64,000 nucleotides of DNA, from the NCBI GenBank assembly GCA_023511535.1, contig JAIMBK010000009.1:643-64642 (forward strand), written 5' to 3'. The stretch is from Armatimonadota bacterium (GTDB taxonomy: Bacteria; Bacillota; Desulfotomaculia; Desulfotomaculales; Nap2-2B). The stretch's first letter is position 1, and each line of letters begins with the position of its first letter. Position numbers and translations under genes: made by a program. The notes under the pieces were generated by a model. The model had not been told where the DNA came from. It was given only the letters and a program-made list of their open reading frames with translations, and made no database searches. Below are positions 53,680 to 63,892 of the stretch, piece after piece.

Positions 53680-54272
53680 CTTCCGCTATTATGAAGTACT
53701 CGGGAAAATATTTCTTCCGCTTCTACCGTAAAACCATCCAAAAGAAGAGATTTGACCTCGCCTTTTTGCTCAACCCGCTGGTTGAGCTTATATTTTCCTT
53801 CTGCTTCTTGATGCACCTCAATACTGTGGTCCTCCGGATCGACGATCCAGTATTCTTTAACTCCGTGACGGGCATAAACAATGGCTTTTTTCTTTAAATC
53901 GTAATAAGCGGTGGAAGGAGATAAAATTTCGATAATCAGATCAGGCGCTCCTTTAACTTTTTCCCGCTCAATGATCTGCAATCTGTCTTTAGCAATGAAA
54001 ACAATATCCGGCTGGTAAGTTTCTTTTTCTTCGAAATACACATCGACGGGAGCCACCAAAACCTGGCCTGACTTTTCTTTTGCCGTATAGAGCAGAAGTT
54101 TTTCCAGGAGCCTGACCAGGATAATTTGATGAAAAGTGGTTGGGGCCGGGGTCATGACAAGCTTTCCTCCAATCAACTGGTAGGGAGCCCCCTCGGGTAA
54201 CATGACATAATCCGCATAAGTGTAAACTTCTTTTTGGGGAATTGTTATTTCCTTTGCCGGCAGGCTCACCAT
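53676..54272 (-). CDS. Uma2-family (DUF820) endonuclease
   Basis: YQLIGGKLVMTPAPTTFHQ ... QPDIVFI ... PDLIIEILSPST ... KEYWIVDP, the PD-(D/E)xK Uma2 pattern. The region is AT-richer than its flanks. Confidence 0.8.
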   Translation of the reverse strand: MVSLPAKEITIPQKEVYTYADYVMLPEGAPYQLIGGKLVMTPAPTTFHQIILVRLLEKLLLYTAKEKSGQVLVAPVDVYFEEKETYQPDIVFIAKDRLQIIEREKVKGAPDLIIEILSPSTAYYDLKKKAIVYARHGVKEYWIVDPEDHSIEVHQEAEGKYKLNQRVEQKGEVKSLLLDGFTVEAEEIFSRVLHNSGS

Positions 54273-54352
54273 ACATCGGCCTCCTGTTTTTCGCTTCCTG
54301 CTATTTCTGCTGTGAACGGCCAAGGTGGACGATTAAAGCCGTTTCAAAGTGG

Positions 54353-55666
<1,314 letters not shown>

Positions 55667-57052
55667 CTAAGAAACCCTGTTCAGGATCTCGCGGGCGACG
55701 ATTACTCCCGAGATGGACGACTGGGCCAGGCCCCGGGTTACGCCGGCGCCGTCGCCGGCGGCGAACAGATTTTGGATCTGCGTCTCCAAAGAGTTGGTCA
55801 GGGCCAGGCGGGAGGAATAAAATTTTACCTCCACACCGTAAAGCAAAGTATAGCGGGAATACACACCCGGGGCGACCTCGTTCAGCGCTTTAAGCATTTC
55901 CACGATGGCCACCAGATGGCGGTACGGGAAGACCAGGCTCAAGTCTCCCGGCGTCGCCTGGGCCAGCGTGGGAGTGGTCAGGCACTTTTTCATCCTTTCC
56001 GGCGTGCTCCGGTGCCCTTCAATCAAATCGCCCAGCCGCTGAACGATCACCCCGCCGCTCAACAGGTTGGCCAGGCTGGCCACGTAGCGGCCGTAGGCGA
56101 TAGGCTCCTTAAACGGCTCGGTGAACGTTTTGCTGACCAGCACGGCAAAGTTGGTGTTGTTCGTCTTTTTATAAGCGTGGCTGTGGCCGTTGACCGTCAC
56201 CAGCCCGTCGATGTTTTCCAGCACCACTTCCCCGTACGGATTCATGCAAAAAGTGCGCACTTTATCGTCAAAGGCCCGGGAATAGTAAATAAACTTGGAT
56301 TCGTAGAAAACATTGGTCAGCGGCTCCATTACCGCGGCGGGAACTTCCACCCGCACCCCGATATCCACCGGGTTGACCTCCGTGCGCAGCCCCAGCCGCT
56401 GCGCTTCCCGGGCCAGCCATTCGGCTCCCTCGCGGCCGGGCGCCAGGACGACGTGCCTGGCGGAAATTTCTTCTCCTCCGGCGGTGACTACCCCTTTCAC
56501 CCGGCCCGTCTCTGTCCAAACCGATTCCACCGGGCAGGAAGTACGGATTTCCACGCCGCGCTCCGTTAAATAATCCTGCATGCGCTGTAAAATTTCTTTG
56601 CAGCGCCCGGTGCCCAGGTGGCGGATGGCCACCGGAATTAACTTTAGTTCGGCCTGCGCCGCCTTGTGTTGAAATTCGCGGATTTTTTCGGTTTGCTCCA
56701 GTCCGTAGATGTTTTTGGGGGCGCCGAACTGGAGGTAAAGATCGTCGATATAATTAATTAATTCTTGCAGCGACGATTCGCCGATATATTGCTCCAGGCT
56801 CCCGCCGATTTCCGGAGACAGGGTCAGCTTCCCGTCGCTGAAGGCGCCGGCGCCGCCCCACCCGCAAATGGTGGCGCAGGGGTTGCAATGGAAACAGTTA
56901 TTCTTCTTTTCTCTGGCCAAACAAATCCTTTTCTCCAGCTCCTTCCCTTTTTCCAGGATGAGCACGCTTAAGTTTTGTTTATTTTTAACCAGTTCGAGGG
57001 CCGTAAAGATGCCTGCCGGCCCCGCTCCGGCGATAATCACGTCGTAGGTCAA
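55667..57052 (-). CDS. FAD-dependent oxidoreductase (COG2509-like uncharacterized dehydrogenase)
   Basis: N-terminal dinucleotide fold YDVIIAGAGPAGIF. C-terminal FAAGDGAGVTRG. Confidence 0.75.
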   Translation of the reverse strand: MTYDVIIAGAGPAGIFTALELVKNKQNLSVLILEKGKELEKRICLAREKKNNCFHCNPCATICGWGGAGAFSDGKLTLSPEIGGSLEQYIGESSLQELINYIDDLYLQFGAPKNIYGLEQTEKIREFQHKAAQAELKLIPVAIRHLGTGRCKEILQRMQDYLTERGVEIRTSCPVESVWTETGRVKGVVTAGGEEISARHVVLAPGREGAEWLAREAQRLGLRTEVNPVDIGVRVEVPAAVMEPLTNVFYESKFIYYSRAFDDKVRTFCMNPYGEVVLENIDGLVTVNGHSHAYKKTNNTNFAVLVSKTFTEPFKEPIAYGRYVASLANLLSGGVIVQRLGDLIEGHRSTPERMKKCLTTPTLAQATPGDLSLVFPYRHLVAIVEMLKALNEVAPGVYSRYTLLYGVEVKFYSSRLALTNSLETQIQNLFAAGDGAGVTRGLAQSSISGVIVAREILNRVS

Positions 57053-57204
57053 AGGGAAATTCTCTCCCCGTCAAAAAGATAGCATTTTTCTGGATTTGTG
57101 CCATCCTGATCTTAACAAAGGCGCCCCTTCCTGTCAAGGCGCGCACCCGGACGGATTGCCGGGCGCGGGCGCTAAAAACAAAAGGGGGTGGCGGCTATAG
57201 ACGG

Positions 57205-57840
57205 CTATCTACGGCGAAAGGGGTATTCCGGCCAGCAAAGCACGAGAAAGCTGTACAGGATTTTCGCCGTAATCCCCCAGATAAAATATTTGCCGTATTC
57301 AAAGTAATAGACGGGAAACGACCAGCGCTTCTGCCACTGGGGCCGGTAACCCGGAGGGGCTTTCGCAAAAGGAAAGTCGCCGCTGTACCGGGTGGCCACC
57401 TCGGTGGTGGCAACGCCCGGGGGATGAGTCAAGAAAAATTCGACCGGAACTGTAAAAACTTCAGCTACTTCTTCCGGATTGGGGTTGAATTTCCCGGTCA
57501 AAATTTCCCCTACGTAAGGGTAAACCAGCCTTCCCTGGGGGGTGGGAAGGATGTCCAGCTGGCCGAGCACCCGGACGTGTTTCGTCGGGATGCCCAGTTC
57601 TTCCACCGTTTCCCGGACGGCGGCGACCTGTGGATTTCGGCGCTCCTCAGGTTCCACGCGGCCGCCGGGAAAACAGATCTCCCCCGGTTGAATTTTCAAG
57701 TTTTCGGCGCGCACTTCAAAAAGGACGTGGAGACCGCTTTCTTTTTCAATTAAAGGCAGCAACACCGCCGAAACAAAAAAATTGTCCTCATCCATAATCC
57801 CGGGCTTTCGGTTGGCCAGCCGGTCGAGAATGAATTGCAT
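57205..57840 (-). CDS. NUDIX hydrolase, CoA pyrophosphatase-like
   Basis: Nudix box GGRVEPEERRNPQVAAVRETVEELGI. C-terminal IWGITAKIL is typical of the NudL/CoA pyrophosphatase group. Confidence 0.78.
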   Translation of the reverse strand: MQFILDRLANRKPGIMDEDNFFVSAVLLPLIEKESGLHVLFEVRAENLKIQPGEICFPGGRVEPEERRNPQVAAVRETVEELGIPTKHVRVLGQLDILPTPQGRLVYPYVGEILTGKFNPNPEEVAEVFTVPVEFFLTHPPGVATTEVATRYSGDFPFAKAPPGYRPQWQKRWSFPVYYFEYGKYFIWGITAKILYSFLVLCWPEYPFRRR

Positions 57841-58274
57841 GTGGGCTCCCTGCACTTTTCTCTTTCCCTTCTGATATTGTATTTCGACTTGCGAAGATAA
57901 AATCCTGTCAAATTTTCCGGGTCAATCAAAAAGCAAAAGAAAAAAAGCCCTCAGGCGTACAGGCTTTTCCCTCCTGGCTAAATTTAAGCACTGCCGCTTC
58001 AGAGCTTCTGGTAAATAGAACGGCGGGCCGGAGGAGCAGTGGTGGTGGAGGCGGACCAGTACGGGGTGAGGGGGCAGTACCTGTCCATTCTCGATCCCCG
58101 GCCAAACCTGGTGGAGTGGCGGGAAGAACCGGAAACCCTCGTGACTTACGGAACTTAATGATCAGCGCAGCTTTCCCGGCGCTGATTCAAAATCTGCACC
58201 ATTACCGGATAATGCACATAAAATAGATCAGATCCGTCTCTTTTTGACTAAATGCAAGAGAAGGAGTGAAAGCA

Positions 58275-58703
58275 ATGGCGTATCAGTTAACCAGTTTTGA
58301 TCTGGTGGCTGCGCAAAATAGCGGCGTCCCACAGCAGCACGATTTCTTTTTATTGCCCGAGTCGCGCGTTCTGATCAGCGGCGTGGTCAGGCGCCCGGAC
58401 GGGTTGCCGGCGCACGGTGCTGTAGTGCAATTCTTTCAAAAAGAAGGCAACAATTTAGGCCGTTTGATCGGACATACCTTTACCGATGAAGATGGCCATT
58501 TTTTGTTTGGACCGCTGGCGCCCGGAACGGAATTTAAGGTAAAGATCTTTTACTGGGACGTTATGCAACATGAAAACCAGGGAGAAGTAAAATCTTCCGG
58601 GATTTTTCCGCCGGTTATCCTTCCCCCGGTGGCCCCTTTGCCTCCGATCGCTACTTTACCCCCGGTGGCCCCTTTTTCAAGATCGGGAGATAATTCCACG
58701 TAA
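58275..58703 (+). CDS. hypothetical protein with carboxypeptidase-regulatory-like beta-sandwich and Pro-rich tail
   Basis: ISGVVRRPDGLPAHGAVVQFF ... TDEDGHFLFGPLAPGTEFKVKI resembles CarboxypepD_reg. The tail is PPVILPPVAPLPPIATLPPVAPF. Confidence 0.45.
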   Translation: MAYQLTSFDLVAAQNSGVPQQHDFFLLPESRVLISGVVRRPDGLPAHGAVVQFFQKEGNNLGRLIGHTFTDEDGHFLFGPLAPGTEFKVKIFYWDVMQHENQGEVKSSGIFPPVILPPVAPLPPIATLPPVAPFSRSGDNST

Positions 58704-58719
58704 TATCCGGGAGGAATAT

Positions 58720-58995
58720 ATGCGCCAGAGGTTTATAGTTTCACTGATCATCCCCTGTCGTAACGAGGGTTCTTATCTTCAGCACACTCTCCGTTCGCTG
58801 ATCGAAGCAAAAACAGAACTTTCTTACGAGATTATTGTTGTTAACGACGGGTCAACTGATGGCTGCTGCAATTTTCTGGAACAGAACAATTCAGGAAGCC
58901 GCCCGGGGCAAAACCAAGAAATGTTTAACATTAACCGTTGTTTTCTAAAGCAACATGGTATTACCATTAAAACCTTAAATAGCCACCTTCCGTAA
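58720..58995 (+). pseudogene. family 2 glycosyltransferase, N-terminal fragment only
   Basis: SLIIPCRNEGSYLQHTLRSLIEAKTELSYEIIVVNDGSTDG is a GT2 N-terminus. The ORF stops after 91 aa without the DxD or acceptor half. The sequence is AT-richer than its surroundings. Confidence 0.6.
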
Positions 58996-59139
58996 TATAT
59001 GATCATGATAATCAGGATGTGCTTTTATTTGGTGTCGTTTCCTGGTATAATTTCGTCAGTCGAAGACGAACGAAATAATTCCCTTTTTCCTCCTTTGCTG
59101 CAACAGAATCATTCAGGCGGTGAAACAGGGGGTGGCGGA

Positions 59140-60054
59140 ATGATGTTTTCCTGGGATGCCCTTTTGATTCCTTTCACGGACTGGCTGGTGACCACAGGGC
59201 TGCGCATTTTCCTCGTGCTCGCCGGGACGTTTATTTTTGTCCGTTTAATCGTTACCGCCCTGAAAAGGTTTGAGCGGGTACTGATCGACAAGGCGGGGGG
59301 TTCCGGAGAGCAGGAAAAGCGGATCCGGACCCTGATCGGTCTGCTCCGCAAGATTGCCTGGATCGGTTCAGTTGTGGTGGCCATCGTGATTATTCTGGGC
59401 ATCCTGGACATTGATATCAGGCCGATCATTACCGCGGCGGGCATCGGCGGGCTGGCCCTGGGCTTCGGTGCCCAAAGCCTGGTGCGGGACGTGATCAGCG
59501 GCTTCTTTATGCTCCTGGAGGACCAGATCCGGGTCGGCGACGTGGTGGTCTTAAACGGAACGGCGGGAGAAGTGGTGGAAATGAACCTGCGCACCACCGT
59601 CCTGCGGGATTTAAGCGGCACCGTACACATTTTCCCCAACGGGAACATAACCTCGGTTTCCAATATGACCAAGGACTGGTCGCGCTACGTCATTGACGTG
59701 GGGGTCGCCTACAAAGAAGATGTCGATTACGTCATGGAGGTACTCAAAGAAATCGGCACGGAACTGTCCGCCGATCCTGAATTCGGCCGGTATATTTTAA
59801 AGCCGCTGGAAGTTTTGGGGGTTGACAATTTCGGCCCCTCGGAGATAGTAATTAAAGTGATGATTACCACCGTACCCCTCAAGCAATGGTACGTGGGCCG
59901 GGAACTGCGGCGCCGGATCAAAAAAAGGTTTGACGAGTTGGGCATCGAAATCCCTTTCCCGCACACGACCGTCTACTGGGGGGAAGCCAGCCGGCCTTTC
60001 TCCATGCGGGTGAGGTACGAGGACGGGCGTCCCCCGGAGAAGCAGGAAAAATAA
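59140..60054 (+). CDS. mscS: small-conductance mechanosensitive channel (MscS family)
   Basis: Three TM helices, then GFGAQSLVRDVISGFFMLLEDQIRVGDVV and a beta domain. ATG 59140 follows GGGGGTGG. Confidence 0.85.
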   Translation: MMFSWDALLIPFTDWLVTTGLRIFLVLAGTFIFVRLIVTALKRFERVLIDKAGGSGEQEKRIRTLIGLLRKIAWIGSVVVAIVIILGILDIDIRPIITAAGIGGLALGFGAQSLVRDVISGFFMLLEDQIRVGDVVVLNGTAGEVVEMNLRTTVLRDLSGTVHIFPNGNITSVSNMTKDWSRYVIDVGVAYKEDVDYVMEVLKEIGTELSADPEFGRYILKPLEVLGVDNFGPSEIVIKVMITTVPLKQWYVGRELRRRIKKRFDELGIEIPFPHTTVYWGEASRPFSMRVRYEDGRPPEKQEK

Positions 60055-60063
60055 AAAAAGAAA

Positions 60064-60402
60064 ATGGGAGATACGATCACTTTTTTACAGGAACTGAAAG
60101 ATTTGATCGCCGGTTTTGTCCGGGAACGGGATTGGGAGCAGTTCCACACCCCGAAAAACCTGGCCATGTCCATTGCCATCGAAGCCGCAGAGCTGATGGA
60201 AATTTTCCAATGGGGACCGGAAGCAGCGGAAATGGTTCCGGATGACCTGGCGAAAGTCCGGGAGGAACTGGCCGACGTGGTGATTTATTGCCTGGCCATG
60301 GCCAACCGGCTGGGTATCGACTTATCTTCGGCGGTCAAGGAAAAGGTGGCGAAAAACAGCCGCAAATATCCAAAAGAAAAATATTCCGGCCGGTATAAGT
60401 AA
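60064..60402 (+). CDS. MazG-like nucleotide pyrophosphohydrolase (all-alpha NTP-PPase, DCTPP1-like)
   Basis: RDWEQFHTPKNLAMSIAIEAAELMEIFQW ... EELADVVIYCLAMAN. Confidence 0.8.
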   Translation: MGDTITFLQELKDLIAGFVRERDWEQFHTPKNLAMSIAIEAAELMEIFQWGPEAAEMVPDDLAKVREELADVVIYCLAMANRLGIDLSSAVKEKVAKNSRKYPKEKYSGRYK

Positions 60403-60433
60403 GTCGTCGGACGTCAGACGTCAGTCGTCGGAC
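60403..60433. repeat. heptamers GTCGTCG GACGTCA GACGTCA GTCGTCG GAC directly after the stop codon
   Basis: Starts 1 nt after TAA 60400-60402. The reverse complement belongs to the GACNTCY family seen at 38821-38848. Confidence 0.75.
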
Positions 60434-60502
60434 AGGAAAAGGAAACTAAATCCGGGTAAGTGATAGGGCCTTCAAAATTACGCTGTTTTTATCAAATCAG
60501 GT

Positions 60503-61507
60503 GTGCCGATGGGTACCAACTATATTGATGTCGCCTGTTCTTACGTACCTGTTGAAATTATTCATGCCGCGGGATTTATTCCCAGGCGGCTTATCCCGCC
60601 GGCGCCGGGCGAGGCGGCCCTGCTGCCCCGGAACTTCTGTTCCTACGCCCGCGCCTGCGTGACCACTGCTGACCGGGCGGTTCCGGCTGTCTTTACCACC
60701 TGCTGCGACGGGTTGCGCCGCTGTTACGACGTGCGCAAAGAGCAGGGGGATATGGTGTTTATTTTAGATCTCCCCCGCCAGGCAAAGGATTCCGCCGTCC
60801 GGCACTACCGGCAAGAGTTGATCAGAATGGGGGAGTGGCTCGCCGAAATTTCCGGCCGTCCCGTTCCGGCCGGGGCGTTGCGCGATTCCTTTCGGGTTTA
60901 CCAGGAAGTTCGCCGGCAATTAAAAACGGTGGAAAGATTTGACGGGATCAACGGGAAATTTTGGGAATTGCTTTGGGCCGCTTTAACCGGACCCCCGGAA
61001 GATGCGCTGAAGTTGGGCACGGAATTCCAGGCCGGTTTTGCTCCGGATGGGCAAAAGAAACGGCGGGTTCTGCTGGCCGGTACGGTTTTACCAGACCCGC
61101 GGATCCTGGAACTGGCCGAACAGTACTGTACAGTGGTAGCTTTTGCCGATTTTTGCCTGGGGGGGCGTTTTTATCCGGACTTCAGTTACCCCTCCCGGGA
61201 AGGCCCCTCCTCCGACGACCCCTGGCTGGCCCTGGCCGGGACTTACCTGGCGAAACCCCCGTGCCCCCGGATGGCTGGAAAAAGCGGGCGCGCCCCGTAC
61301 ATTCAAAATATCCTGGAGAGCGTCCGTCCCGCCGGAGTCATCTTTTACGGCTTGAAATTTTGCGATCACGGCCTCTACGAAGTGCCCCTGTGGCGTTTGT
61401 TTTGCGGCCGGCGGGAAATCCCTTTTCTGCACCTGGAAGGCGAATACCAGAGCGGCGTCCCGGCCCAACTGCACACCCGCCTGCAGGCATTTCTGGAAAC
61501 GATTTAG
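60503..61507 (+). CDS. 2-hydroxyacyl-CoA dehydratase / BcrC-BadD-HgdB family protein
   Basis: N-terminal VACSYVPVEIIHAAGFIPRRL and scattered Cys (FCSY, TCCDG, FCDHG) are typical of the family. Confidence 0.72.
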   Translation: MPMGTNYIDVACSYVPVEIIHAAGFIPRRLIPPAPGEAALLPRNFCSYARACVTTADRAVPAVFTTCCDGLRRCYDVRKEQGDMVFILDLPRQAKDSAVRHYRQELIRMGEWLAEISGRPVPAGALRDSFRVYQEVRRQLKTVERFDGINGKFWELLWAALTGPPEDALKLGTEFQAGFAPDGQKKRRVLLAGTVLPDPRILELAEQYCTVVAFADFCLGGRFYPDFSYPSREGPSSDDPWLALAGTYLAKPPCPRMAGKSGRAPYIQNILESVRPAGVIFYGLKFCDHGLYEVPLWRLFCGRREIPFLHLEGEYQSGVPAQLHTRLQAFLETI

Positions 61508-61523
61508 GGGGAAGGTCAAAAGC

Positions 61524-62783
61524 GTGGATTTAAGGGAATACATCCGCCGGCGAACCCGGCGGAACAAATGGGAAAAATACGTAACCTCCCCGCAGACATA
61601 CTTATTTTTGGAATTGTTGAGTACCTTCTGGCGCCCCGGCAAACTGGTCCGCCCCACCAAGGCGGCCCTGCTTTTCGGGATCAGGCTGATGCGGCAGGCC
61701 TGCCGGGGCAAAAGGCCGGTGGTTTGGACAAACGTCTATACGCCGCCGGAATTAATCTGGGCCTGGGGAGGCGTTCCTTTCCTGCCGGAAGTGGCTGCGG
61801 CGGTGGCCGCCAGCCTCGGCTGGAGCACCCGTTTTCTAAAAGTCGCGGAAGGAGCCTGGTATTCCACGGACTTATGCAGCTTTCACCGCTGCGCCCTGGG
61901 GATGGCCCTGGAAAGGGTGCTGCCCCGGCCCGACCTGGTGATCGCCACCACCCATTTATGCGACGGGGCGGTCAAGTTTTTAGAGATGGCCGCCGGGATC
62001 TACAACTGTCCGTATTACCTGCTGCAGGTCCCTTATCAGGATACCCCGCAGTCCCGCTCCTGGCTGGCGGAAGAGATCCTCGCCCTGCAAAAGGAATTAA
62101 AACCTCTTTTGCCTGCCCGGCCGGAGGAAATCGAGCGGGTAATGGGCAATCTCAACGCCGCGCGCCGGCACATGACGGCGGTTAATGACTTGCGCAAAAG
62201 TGTCCCGGCCCCCTGGCGGGGCAACGAGGCACTGACCCAGGTGGTGATTTTCTTTAACGGCCTGGGCACTGGGGAGGCGTTGAGTTTTTACCGCAAACTG
62301 GAACAGGTGCTGCGCTACCGGGTGAGTAAAAACGCCCCCGCGGTGGCGGAGCAGGAACGCCGCCTGCTCTGGCTTCATTTCAAGCCTTTTTATCCCAACC
62401 CGCTGATGGATTTGCTGGAGTCCGGCTTAAAAAGCGTCATTGCTTTCGAGGAGGTAAGTGAAGTATTCTGGGAGGAAATTCCCCGGGACAACTACGCCGG
62501 GGGGATAGCCGCGAAAATTTTGGCCAACCCCCTCTGGGGCCCCGCCGAGAGGCGGGTAAAACAGGCCCTGAAATTGGCCCGGGAGTATCATGTGCAGGGG
62601 GTGGTCCATTTTGCCCACTGGGGCTGCCGCCAGAGCACGGGAAGCGCAGCCCTCCTGCGGGCCGCCCTCGGCAAGGAGGGAATTCCCTTTTTAAACCTGG
62701 ACGGCGACTGCATCGATCCGCGCAATTTTATGGAGGGCCAGACGATCACCCGGGTGGAAAGCTTTCTGGAAATGCTGCGCTAA
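61524..62783 (+). CDS. 2-hydroxyacyl-CoA dehydratase family protein (larger subunit-like)
   Basis: VWTNVYTPPELIWAWGGVPF, LCSFHRC, HLCDG, HWGCRQS motifs of the HgdA/BcrB-type family. Confidence 0.72.
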   Translation: MDLREYIRRRTRRNKWEKYVTSPQTYLFLELLSTFWRPGKLVRPTKAALLFGIRLMRQACRGKRPVVWTNVYTPPELIWAWGGVPFLPEVAAAVAASLGWSTRFLKVAEGAWYSTDLCSFHRCALGMALERVLPRPDLVIATTHLCDGAVKFLEMAAGIYNCPYYLLQVPYQDTPQSRSWLAEEILALQKELKPLLPARPEEIERVMGNLNAARRHMTAVNDLRKSVPAPWRGNEALTQVVIFFNGLGTGEALSFYRKLEQVLRYRVSKNAPAVAEQERRLLWLHFKPFYPNPLMDLLESGLKSVIAFEEVSEVFWEEIPRDNYAGGIAAKILANPLWGPAERRVKQALKLAREYHVQGVVHFAHWGCRQSTGSAALLRAALGKEGIPFLNLDGDCIDPRNFMEGQTITRVESFLEMLR

Positions 62784-62935
62784 AAGCACGTTGCCGCCGG
62801 TCGTTTCCGATCCCGCCCCTGGCATCGCTATTTTTTTAACCCCGCCACAGGCAAGCGCACGCTTTTCCCGGGCCCGGCCCGGCCTCTTTTGCTTTTGGGA
62901 GCAGCCGGAATTACCGGGAGACCGGGGGCGGGGGG

Positions 62936-63892
62936 CTACCAGGGGGGCGGGGTGTGCTCGTCAACCACAGCAAAGGTATATCCTTTGGACTCCAACAGTT
63001 CAATGATTTTGGGCAAAGCGTCAACGACGCTTTTTCTGTTTTGGATGTACCTTCCCAAAGGGGAATTGGGCGCGGCCTCGATGGTCTCCACCTGCGTTCC
63101 GTCGTGGAGCAGGATAATCGGAGGAAGACGCATTCTCTCCACCCTGGCCAGGCCCCGGGCCACATTTTCGTAGACCTGCTCCGGGGTCACTCCTTTGGGG
63201 TCGGAATCACCGCCGGTAATATTCCAGCCAACTGACTGGTAACCTTTTTCATTCAGCCTTTGGCAAAATTTTTTGGATAAATTGCCAGGCCCGCCCGGAG
63301 GCCGGAAAATTTTAACGGGGTGGCCGATAATTTTTTCCAGAACCCGGCTTGCCCGATCAAGGTCGGCAACCAGGGCGTCCGGCGAGGAATAAATTTTTTT
63401 ATAGTTGTGGGTGTACGTATGGTTGATCACCGCGTGGCCTTCGGTGACCATTCTTTTGATCAGTTCAGGATTTTTTTCGGCATTGCTGCCGACCACCATA
63501 AAGGACGCCTTTACGTGCCGTTTGGCCAGGATATCCAAAACCTGTCCGGTGAAAAAGGTGTTTGGTCCGTCGTCAAAGGTTAAGTAAACGTATTTCGCTT
63601 GCCCGGGAGCGGGTTTATAGACCCGGCCCGCCGTTGATTCGTCCGCCCGGGCTTCGGGAAGGGAAATGACCGGGCCAGGCCGGCTGCTCCCGCTCTCGTT
63701 TCCGGCGTCCGTTTTTTCTGTCTGACCGGCTTTTGGAACGTCCGCAGGCGGCTTATTTATTTCCGGGGGCGGGTTGCCTTTTTGCGCATTTTGAACCGGG
63801 GCGGGGGCGGCAGAGGGGCGGCAACCGGCTAAGGGGAGCGCGAGGATGAGGATTATGATGCAGAGGATGGCGATTTGTTTGCATTTAAACAT
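62936..63892 (-). CDS. polysaccharide deacetylase (NodB homology) lipoprotein
   Basis: Lipobox LALPLAGC. NodB motifs LTFDDGP, HTYTH, RPPGG, LLHD. Confidence 0.85.
   Translation of the reverse strand: MFKCKQIAILCIIILILALPLAGCRPSAAPAPVQNAQKGNPPPEINKPPADVPKAGQTEKTDAGNESGSSRPGPVISLPEARADESTAGRVYKPAPGQAKYVYLTFDDGPNTFFTGQVLDILAKRHVKASFMVVGSNAEKNPELIKRMVTEGHAVINHTYTHNYKKIYSSPDALVADLDRASRVLEKIIGHPVKIFRPPGGPGNLSKKFCQRLNEKGYQSVGWNITGGDSDPKGVTPEQVYENVARGLARVERMRLPPIILLHDGTQVETIEAAPNSPLGRYIQNRKSVVDALPKIIELLESKGYTFAVVDEHTPPPW

Noticed and set aside
62784-62935. GC-rich convergent intergenic region (CCCGGGCCCGGCCCGGCC, GGGGGCGGGGGG) as a possible structured RNA
   Set aside because: It most simply serves as a bidirectional terminator or spacer between convergent genes. 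I saw no repeat-family membership or conserved motif.
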